A stretch of 64,000 nucleotides of DNA from the NCBI GenBank assembly GCA_965368975.1, contig CBDUPA010000004.1, positions 1-64,000 of the forward strand, given 5' to 3'. Position 1 is the stretch's first letter; the number at the start of each line of letters is the position of its first letter. Under the pieces are notes generated by a model that searched no databases, was not told the DNA's origin, and saw only the letters and a program-made list of their open reading frames with translations. The stretch is from an uncultured bacterium (lineage in GTDB: Bacteria; Acidobacteriota; Thermoanaerobaculia; Multivoradales; JAHZIX01). Shown here in pieces: positions 57,016-64,000 of this stretch. Made by a program: the position numbers and the translations under genes.

Positions 57016-58242
57016 TCAGCGGCCGCTGGGGGCCGTGTGGCTGCGTCGCTGGATTGCCGATTCGCCAGCGACCGCGGTGCGGTCTCGGCCGTTTTCCTTG
57101 GCCACGTACATGGCGGCGTCCGCCAGGCGCAGAAGGGTGCTCTTGCAGGTCTCGATCGACGGGGTGCCGCCGCTCTTGGTGACGTGGCTGTGTAGGGTCG
57201 CGACGCCGATCGAGCAGGTCAGGCCGGTGAGGTTCAGGGGTTCCAGCTGGATCTCTCCGGGGCGTTCGCTGAAGGTGGTTGACGGCATCGTCTCGCGGAT
57301 CGTTTCGGCGAGTTCGACGGCTTCGTCGAGGTCCGTCTCTGGCAGCACCAGTACGAACTCGTCGCCGCCATAGCGCGCCGCCATGTCCTTGGAGTTGCGC
57401 AGGCAGCGCTTGAGCAGCTGGCCGAACTCGCGCAAGACCTGGCTGCCGGCGAGGTGGCCGTGGGTATCGTTGACGTTCTTGAAGCGGTCGAGATCGAGAA
57501 ATACGACGGCGAGATCTTGGTTCTTTTGCAGACCGACTTCGATCGAGTGGGTCAGCGCGATGTGCAGGTAGCGATCGTTGTACAGACCGGTGAGGTTGTC
57601 GCGCTTGGCGATCTCCTGTGCCTGGCGGCCATCGAGCACGTTCTGGATCGAGATGGCGATGTAGCCGGCGAAGATCTCGAGCAGGTTGCGGTCGACTTCG
57701 CTGTAGCCGCTGGCGTGTTGGCGGTTGATCAACTCCAGGACGCCACACACCGACTTCTCGATGCGCACCGGGATGGCGATCAGCGACTCGGTGGTGTACT
57801 CGATGTCGGCGTCGACTTCCGGATAGAAGAAGCGGTCTGAGCGCACGTCGTGGCTGCAGTACGTCGTGCCTGTCAGGTAGACGTGTCCGGCGATGCCTTC
57901 GGACGCTGGGATGACCTTGCCGACCAGTTCGTTGGAGCGGTCACCGAAGGCGGCGATGAAGGTCAGCGATCCTTTGAGTCGGTCTTCCCACTTGGTCGCC
58001 GGATTGTCGAGCAGGATCGATCCAGCCGCTGAAGGCACGAACTCATTGGCGCGACGCAGAACCTCTGTGAGGTTCTCTGCCAGGCTGAGTTCCAGCGGAA
58101 AGTTGGGCTTGGCTCGCCGGCGGTCGAGGAAACGCTCCAGCTCCAGCGGATCGAGGCAGTTGTATTCGGGCACGTGAAACCTGCGCTTCAGGTCTGCTCG
58201 GTCATGTCGAACCTGCAGGATCGAACTTTGGGATTGGCTCAA
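57016..58242 (-). CDS. GAF-GGDEF diguanylate cyclase
   Basis: GIAGHV, GVLELIN (GAF), DNLTGLYN, DLDRFKNVNDTHGH, RYGGDEF, ADAAMYVAK. Confidence 0.92.
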   Translation of the reverse strand: MSQSQSSILQVRHDRADLKRRFHVPEYNCLDPLELERFLDRRRAKPNFPLELSLAENLTEVLRRANEFVPSAAGSILLDNPATKWEDRLKGSLTFIAAFGDRSNELVGKVIPASEGIAGHVYLTGTTYCSHDVRSDRFFYPEVDADIEYTTESLIAIPVRIEKSVCGVLELINRQHASGYSEVDRNLLEIFAGYIAISIQNVLDGRQAQEIAKRDNLTGLYNDRYLHIALTHSIEVGLQKNQDLAVVFLDLDRFKNVNDTHGHLAGSQVLREFGQLLKRCLRNSKDMAARYGGDEFVLVLPETDLDEAVELAETIRETMPSTTFSERPGEIQLEPLNLTGLTCSIGVATLHSHVTKSGGTPSIETCKSTLLRLADAAMYVAKENGRDRTAVAGESAIQRRSHTAPSGR

Positions 58243-58367
58243 GAGTCAGGTGTTCTGCTACTGCCGCAGCAGGCAGAGGAGCAGCATACCAGATCCCCAG
58301 CCACGGTAGCGTGTGCCGCGGCTGTGCTGGTTGGGCGGGGTGAATCATGGCAGAATCCGTGGCAGCG

Positions 58368-59132
58368 ATGATTCCTCTGCGTGACACTCTGCCGAGCGAG
58401 CGTACCCCGGTCGTGACCTGGACGCTGATTGCTTTCAACGTGCTGGTCTTCGTGTATCAGGTCGGCCTGAGTCCGGAGGAGCTGCGCACGCTCTTCTACA
58501 CCTATGGCCTGGTGCCGGCGGCCTACACACACAGTGGCTGGGCGGAACAGGCCGGCTTACAGGTGAGCCTGGTGCCGCTGTTCAGCAATGCCTTTCTACA
58601 CGGTGGCTTCCTGCACCTGCTGGGCAATATGTGGATGCTGTGGATCTTCGGTGACAATGTCGAGGATCGCATGGGGCGCTGGCGTTTCCTCGTCTTTTAT
58701 GTCGCCTGCGGCATGGCCGCGACCCTGCTGCACGTGCTGGCCAACCAAGACTCGCAGATCCCGGTGCTGGGAGCGTCCGGCGCCATCGCGGGCGTCCTGG
58801 GGGCGTACTTCGTGTTCTACCCGGGCGCCCGGGTCCTCGCTTTCCTGCCCATCCTCTTCTATCCGCTGTTCTTTCGTCTGCCGGCACCAGTCTTCATTGG
58901 ACTGTGGCTGCTGACGCAGGTGGTCAGCGGTACACTGGAATGGGTCGGTAACGTGGCTTCCGGCATTGCTTGGTGGGCGCACATCGGTGGCTTTCTGGCG
59001 GGCGTGGCACTGCATCGGTTGTTCATGCAGCCGCAGCGGCGCTATCGGCGAGTGGTCTATCCTTGGGGGCCGCAGGGTCCTGCTGCTGTTGAGTACCGAG
59101 CGCGACGCGACGATTTGACGTCGACGTGGTGA
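58368..59132 (+). CDS. Rhomboid intramembrane serine protease
   Basis: MIPLRD, FLHGGFLHLLGNM, GASGA, AWWAHIGG. Confidence 0.93.
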   Translation: MIPLRDTLPSERTPVVTWTLIAFNVLVFVYQVGLSPEELRTLFYTYGLVPAAYTHSGWAEQAGLQVSLVPLFSNAFLHGGFLHLLGNMWMLWIFGDNVEDRMGRWRFLVFYVACGMAATLLHVLANQDSQIPVLGASGAIAGVLGAYFVFYPGARVLAFLPILFYPLFFRLPAPVFIGLWLLTQVVSGTLEWVGNVASGIAWWAHIGGFLAGVALHRLFMQPQRRYRRVVYPWGPQGPAAVEYRARRDDLTSTW

Positions 59133-59187
59133 TCGATTCCTGCGGACTACCTGATCTGTCGAGTTGACTTGTCGATGAGGAGCTAGA

Positions 59188-59601
59188 GTGCCGATGATCC
59201 GCGAGCTGAGCGTCCGAACCGGAGGTCAAGACCTCTACGAGATCACTGCCGACGTGGCACGGGTGGTGGCCGACAGTGGGCAGGAGGAGGGCCTCTGCAC
59301 GGTCTTCATCTGCCATACTTCGGCCAGCCTGACGATTCAGGAAAACGCGGATCCGGCTGTGCGCCGCGATTTGCGGGAATGGTTGCGCCGCCTGGTGCCC
59401 GAGAACGATGCGCTCTACACCCACACGGAGGAAGGGCCCGACGACATGCCGTCGCACATCAAGGGGGCGCTGACCGACGTGTCGCTGTCGATTCCCATCC
59501 TTGGCGGTCGCTTGGTGTTGGGTACTTGGCAAGGCATTTTCGTGTGGGAGCATCGGGACCACCGCAGTGATCGCCGCGTGGTCGTCCATGTCGGTCCCTG
59601 A
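59188..59601 (+). CDS. yjbQ: YjbQ / secondary thiamine-phosphate synthase family
   Basis: HTSASLTIQENADP, EGPDDMPSHIK, LGTWQGIFVWEHR. Confidence 0.92.
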   Translation: MPMIRELSVRTGGQDLYEITADVARVVADSGQEEGLCTVFICHTSASLTIQENADPAVRRDLREWLRRLVPENDALYTHTEEGPDDMPSHIKGALTDVSLSIPILGGRLVLGTWQGIFVWEHRDHRSDRRVVVHVGP

Positions 59602-59633
59602 AGGGCCACTGGACTTCTGAGGGAGCTATTTCG

Positions 59634-60374
59634 ATGATCTGTCTCAGCGTCAACGTCAACAAGATTGCCACTCTGCGCAACGCCCGTGGCGGCCAGCGGC
59701 CGTCGGTGACAGCGTTCGCGCGCGCCGCCATCGAAGCGGGAGCCCACGGCATCACCGTCCACCCGCGTCCGGACGAACGGCACATTCGCTATCAAGATGC
59801 CCTCGATCTGGTCGAGGTGGTGGCGGAAGGTGGCGTGGAGTACAACATCGAGGGGTACCCGGATCGCCGCTACCTCGACCTCGTGCACCGCGTGCGACCG
59901 ACACAGGCGACGCTGGTGCCGGATCCGCCAGACGTGCTGACCAGCAATGCTGGTTGGGACGCGGCCGCGCACCAGGAGTTCCTGCGTGACGTGGTCGCCG
60001 AACTGCACGAGAGTGGTGCTCGGGTCTCGCTTTTCCTGGAAACCGAGCTGCCGAAGGTCGACGCCGCGGCAGCTACCGGTGCCGATCGTATCGAACTCTA
60101 CACCGGTCCCTATGCCGAGGCGCACGCTGCCGGAGATGCTGAGGCCGCGTATGCTGAGTACGCGCGCGCGGCGCGGCATGCCCTCGACTGTGGCCTCGGT
60201 CTCAATGCTGGTCACGACCTGGATCTCGACAATCTGATTCGTTTCCGCGACCTGCCCGGTCTGCAGGAAGTATCGATCGGTCACGCCCTGACCTGCGACG
60301 CCCTCGAGCGAGGCTGGCGCGCTACCGTCGAGGCCTATTTGCGGGTGCTGCGGGCCGCCATGGCGGAGGATTGA
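59634..60374 (+). CDS. pdxJ: Pyridoxine 5'-phosphate synthase
   Basis: LSVNVNKIATLRNAR, ITVHPRPDERHI, IELYTG, NAGHDL, EVSIGHA. Confidence 0.96.
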   Translation: MICLSVNVNKIATLRNARGGQRPSVTAFARAAIEAGAHGITVHPRPDERHIRYQDALDLVEVVAEGGVEYNIEGYPDRRYLDLVHRVRPTQATLVPDPPDVLTSNAGWDAAAHQEFLRDVVAELHESGARVSLFLETELPKVDAAAATGADRIELYTGPYAEAHAAGDAEAAYAEYARAARHALDCGLGLNAGHDLDLDNLIRFRDLPGLQEVSIGHALTCDALERGWRATVEAYLRVLRAAMAED

Positions 60375-60727
60375 AATGCACCGCGTCCTGTGGTCAAAAC
60401 GAAATTCTCTAAAAAAGACGTCCCGCTGTGGAGGTCGAGCCTCACTAGAACAGGGTGAGGGGAGTTTCTCCCTTTGTACTAAGGCACTGCAGATGTCACT
60501 GAAGAATCCGGGGGTTGAAGGACGGCCTGTCGGACCTGATACTCGAAGTGACGACCGTCCTGGATGCTATTTCGATAAGCTTCGGCTTGTCGGGGCTGCG
60601 AGGAGACGAGTTGAGTTCGGATACATCGACGACGGCGAGTGGGCAAATCCAGCTACCGGAGCAATTCCTCGGTGGCCTGCTTGGGGTCTCGCTTACATCC
60701 TTGGCGGGTGGGGAAAAGGAGTTCGGA

Positions 60728-61171
60728 ATGTCTGACGGTCCACCGATCACGATCCTCTTGGTGGAGGACGATCCCGGGCATGCCCGCCTGATCGAGAAGA
60801 ACCTCCGCCGAGCGACGGTGACCAACGAGATCGTGCAGGTCAGCGACGGCCAGGCTGCCGTCGACTTCCTGTTCAGCGAAGGTGATTACCACGGCAGCGA
60901 GCGCCCGACACGCTTGTTGGTGCTGCTGGATCTGAACCTGCCCGGTCTGGATGGCTACCAGGTGCTGCGGCGCGTCAAGGAAGATCCGGTGACGCAGCGC
61001 ATTCCCGTCGTCGTGCTGACGACGACCGAGGATAGCCGTGAGGTCGACAGGTGCTACGAACTCGGATGTAGCATCTTCGTCACCAAGCCCGTGAACTATG
61101 AGCAGTTCGCTGATACCATGAGGCGTCTGGGCCAGATCTTGTCGATTGTTCAGATCCCGAACGGCGAATAG
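60728..61171 (+). CDS. Single-domain response regulator (Rcp1-like)
   Basis: LVEDDPGHARLIEKN, LLDLNLPGLDG, VVLTTT, CYELGC, TKPV; RBS AAGGAG. Confidence 0.92.
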   Translation: MSDGPPITILLVEDDPGHARLIEKNLRRATVTNEIVQVSDGQAAVDFLFSEGDYHGSERPTRLLVLLDLNLPGLDGYQVLRRVKEDPVTQRIPVVVLTTTEDSREVDRCYELGCSIFVTKPVNYEQFADTMRRLGQILSIVQIPNGE

Positions 61172-61234
61172 GCGAAGAAGTCGCCATGAACCCTGGAGCC
61201 GCCATTCGAGGAACAGTGAGCCTGAGAGCCAGCG

Positions 61235-61300
61235 CGAGCCGAGACGCCACCACGAGCCGAGACGCCACGACGATTCGAGAAGTCACGACGAGCCGAGAGA
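61235..61300. repeat. About four degenerate 18-bp tandem repeats (CGAGCCGAGACGCCACNA)
   Basis: Copies start at 61235, 61253, 61271 and 61289. Confidence 0.8.
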
Positions 61301-61304
61301 GATA

Positions 61305-63425
61305 ATGTCGAGTAGTCAGCCGCAGCAGCGAGTCCGTCTGCCAGGCCTGGAGAGTCTTCGGCAGAGCGCAGGGGAGAGGTCGAGCGAGGCGGACCGTCCA
61401 GCGGGTACCGCCAACCAGCCTGGAGGTACGGATTCTCCGGCCGGTTCCCGGCCGCGCGGCGGGTCTGATGAAGCGGTGCGCATCCTCTACATGGAGGACG
61501 ACGCGGGTCTGGCACGCCTGTTCCAGAAGCGCTTGCAGCGCTTGGGCTACGAGATCGACCTTGCCGCCGATGGTCAGGAAGGTCTGGAGTGTTTCGACCG
61601 TCAGAAGTACGACATCCTGGCCATCGACTACAAGATGCCGGTGTGTGATGGTCTCGAAGTGATCAGCCTGCTCGCCTCGCGCGGCCGTGTGCCTCCCACC
61701 ATCATGCTGACCGCCAACGGCGACGAGGCGGTGGCGGTCGAGGCGCTGAAACTGGGGGCTAGCGACTACATTGTCAAGGACGCTGCTGGTGGCTATATCC
61801 GCTTGTTGCCGTCTGTGATCGAGCGGTTGCTCGAGAAGCGGCGCCTGGAAGAGACGCGCCACAATGCCCTCGACGCCCTGCGGCAGAGCGAAGAGCGCTT
61901 GCGTGCGGTGACGCAGTCGGCCAGTGACGCGATCATCAGCTTCGATGGACAGGGTCGCATCATCCTGTGGAACCGCCACGCCGAGTCGCTGTTCGGGTAC
62001 ACCCTGGAAGAGGCGCAGCAGCTCTCGATCTCGCGCATCCTGCCCGAGCGCTTCCAGGCGCTGGTCAACCAGCAGCTGGAGAGCCTGGCGGGCGGCACCG
62101 GCGCGATTCCTGTGCCTACCGCGGTTTCCGGCCACTCAGGGCAAGGCCAGCCTAGCCAAGCGGTCGAGATGGCGGCACTTCGGAAAGACGGCCGAGAGGT
62201 ACCGGTGGAGGCTGCATTCTCGAGCTGGCGTAGCGGGCAAGAGACGTTCTACACCGCTATCCTGCGCGACATCACGGATCGTCAGCGCACTCAGGAAGCT
62301 CTACAGGAAGCGGCTCGTCTGGATGCCACGGCGACGCTCGCCGGCGGCATTGCCAACCAGTTCAACAACCTGCTGTTCGGCGTGCTCGGCAATACCGAGC
62401 TCTTGCAGATGCGCCTGGCCGATCGGCCCGACGTGACCGGCCGCCTGGAGATGATCTCGCAGCAGGCTCAGCGTGCCAGCGAGTTGGTGCAGCAGATGCT
62501 CGCCTTCGCGCGCCGCGGTCAGTACCAGCCTGTGGTGGTCAACCTCAACGACACCGTGCGCAAGACGGTGCAGTCCACTCAGGTGCGGGACGGCATCGAG
62601 GTCAACTTCGAGACCGACACGAGCCTTTGGCGGATCTCCGCGGACCCGACGCAACTGGCGCAGCTGATGGCCAACCTGCTGGCGAACGCTGCCGAGGCCC
62701 TCGATCAGCGTGCTGATGGTCGCGTGGCCATCTCGACGCGCAACGTTGTGATCGACGAGCGGCGCACCGACGTACCGGAACTCGAGTCGGGGCCCTACGT
62801 CTGCCTGGCGGTGACCGACAACGGCAGTGGCATGAGTCCCGACGTGCTGGCCAAGATTTACGCGCCCTTCTTCACCACCAAGTTCCAGGGCCGCGGCCTC
62901 GGTATGGCGGCGGTGTGGGGCATCGTGCGGCACCATGGTGGCCACATCGACATCGAGAGCGAGGTTGGCCAGGGCACGAAGATTCATGTCTACCTGCCGG
63001 CGATCGACTCCGAGATGCGCTTGAGCAGCACGCCGGAGCGTCGCATGCCGGTGCCGGGGGGCAACGAGACCGTGCTGGTCGTCGACGAAGAAGAGGTCTT
63101 CATCTCGGTCACGCGCGAGTTCCTCGAGATGCTGGGCTACCGCGTGCTGGAAGCCACCACGGGTGGCGAAGCCGTGGAGCTGGCCGAGCAACATGGCGGC
63201 AGCATCGACCTGGCGCTGCTGGACACCAACTTGACCTCGATGAATCCCGTCAGCACCTATGCTCAGCTGGTCGCCGCGCGCCCGGAGATCCGTATCATCC
63301 TGTGCTCCAGCGATGCCGATCAGACCGCGAATTCCCTGCTCGAAGCCGGTGCCAGCGCCTTCTTGCGCAAGCCGTTCGGCCTCGACCTCATGGGGCTGGA
63401 GATTCGCCGAGCCCTCGACGGCTGA
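61305..63425 (+). CDS. Hybrid REC-PAS-HisKA-HATPase-REC protein lacking the phospho-His (pseudokinase)
   Basis: REC (YMEDD, AIDYKMP, YIVKD), PAS, H-box LAGGIANQFNNLL, NLLANA, DNGSGM, FFTTK, GRGLGM, C-terminal REC. Start uncertain. Confidence 0.85.
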   Translation: MSSSQPQQRVRLPGLESLRQSAGERSSEADRPAGTANQPGGTDSPAGSRPRGGSDEAVRILYMEDDAGLARLFQKRLQRLGYEIDLAADGQEGLECFDRQKYDILAIDYKMPVCDGLEVISLLASRGRVPPTIMLTANGDEAVAVEALKLGASDYIVKDAAGGYIRLLPSVIERLLEKRRLEETRHNALDALRQSEERLRAVTQSASDAIISFDGQGRIILWNRHAESLFGYTLEEAQQLSISRILPERFQALVNQQLESLAGGTGAIPVPTAVSGHSGQGQPSQAVEMAALRKDGREVPVEAAFSSWRSGQETFYTAILRDITDRQRTQEALQEAARLDATATLAGGIANQFNNLLFGVLGNTELLQMRLADRPDVTGRLEMISQQAQRASELVQQMLAFARRGQYQPVVVNLNDTVRKTVQSTQVRDGIEVNFETDTSLWRISADPTQLAQLMANLLANAAEALDQRADGRVAISTRNVVIDERRTDVPELESGPYVCLAVTDNGSGMSPDVLAKIYAPFFTTKFQGRGLGMAAVWGIVRHHGGHIDIESEVGQGTKIHVYLPAIDSEMRLSSTPERRMPVPGGNETVLVVDEEEVFISVTREFLEMLGYRVLEATTGGEAVELAEQHGGSIDLALLDTNLTSMNPVSTYAQLVAARPEIRIILCSSDADQTANSLLEAGASAFLRKPFGLDLMGLEIRRALDG

Positions 63426-63522
63426 CCCGAAGGGCGGTGGGTCGAGGTTGGCGGGCCAGCCCTGACAGGATGACCAGTACGGTCGCGCCGTCGCTGGTGC
63501 GGCACGACCAAGGAGACCCGAC

Positions 63523-64000
63523 ATGAAACGCTTGTCCGCTGCCGTGTCCGCCCTCGTTCTTCTTGCGTCCTTGCTGTCGCTGAGCGTCTTCAGCAGTACT
63601 CCGTTGAGAGCCCAAGGCGGTGAAGATGCCGCTGGTGCAGCCCAGCGGATCGTGCCCGCCAAGCACATGATCCTGCTCTTTCACGATCGTCGCACCTTCA
63701 ACGAGAGCGCGGCCAATGCACAGGGCTTGCTGGTCCGGCAGGGGCAGGAGCTGCGGCAGATGCTGGCGACCCTCCAGGACGACCAGTACGCGGCGGTGAT
63801 CAGCTGCGGCGGCACCGAGATGCGTGTGCTGCAGGACTTCACGCAGAATTTCGAGGATCTGGCCCAGGCCATCGACGCCGCTCTGCGCGGCAAGGGGAAC
63901 GAGTCCCTACCGGGGCAGGGCGCGGTCTCGCTCCTGGACCACCTGCCGGCTGCCACTAACGATGCCGGCAGCTTCTATGCGGCCCTCTCCGCCTTGGCAG
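63523..64000 (+). CDS. Secreted protein, probable Acidobacteria-type VWA domain (partial, runs off window)
   Basis: RBS AAGGAG; MKRLSAAVSALVLLASLL signal peptide; HMILLFHD, YAAVISC, RVLQDFT; frame open to 64000. Confidence 0.6.
   Translation, partial: MKRLSAAVSALVLLASLLSLSVFSSTPLRAQGGEDAAGAAQRIVPAKHMILLFHDRRTFNESAANAQGLLVRQGQELRQMLATLQDDQYAAVISCGGTEMRVLQDFTQNFEDLAQAIDAALRGKGNESLPGQGAVSLLDHLPAATNDAGSFYAALSALA

Noticed and set aside
60630-60710. c-di-GMP-I riboswitch upstream of the response regulator (GGGCAAATCC...)
   Set aside because: Lacks the GAAA tetraloop stem and GACGCAAAG elements; only the GGCAAA seed matches.
60515-60727. 71-aa N-terminal extension of the response regulator
   Set aside because: TTG start, atypical composition; a strong AAGGAG RBS precedes ATG 60728.
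61235-61300. Possible mini-CRISPR (also the 29-bp-period repeats at 53024-53097)
   Set aside because: Repeats are directly tandem and degenerate with no unique 30-40-nt spacers, and there are no cas genes.

Overview
High-GC (roughly 68% by eye) bacterial chromosome segment. The gene content (Acidobacteria-type VWA protein, carboxypeptidase-regulatory/beta-barrel protein, DUF1800/DUF1501 pair, GT-C membrane proteins) suggests Acidobacteriota; this is inference. There are about 47 CDS. Housekeeping and metabolic genes include a UvrD/PcrA helicase, corA, GH20, selB, pepD, msrA, rpsN, rpmE2, two hsp20, ALDH7 and pdxJ. Several signalling modules and a small toxin-antitoxin patch (intact yefM-yoeB over a decayed mazEF) are also present. 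The most notable locus is a tightly coupled six-gene operon (32290-40527). It encodes two Zn-ribbon TRAFAC-type GTPases, two paralogous GAP1-like proteins and two membrane proteins, with no recognisable toxic effector, and it is translationally coupled to an ATP-grasp/peptidase/esterase cluster. Other highlights are a His-rich metal permease fused to an SPFH (HflK) domain in an operon with hflC/hflK, a hybrid kinase lacking its phospho-histidine, and two sigma54 promoters framing an outer-membrane protein plus PDZ-kinase/NtrC module. No rRNA, tRNA, CRISPR array or transposase was seen. All family calls come from reading motifs by eye; no searches were run.
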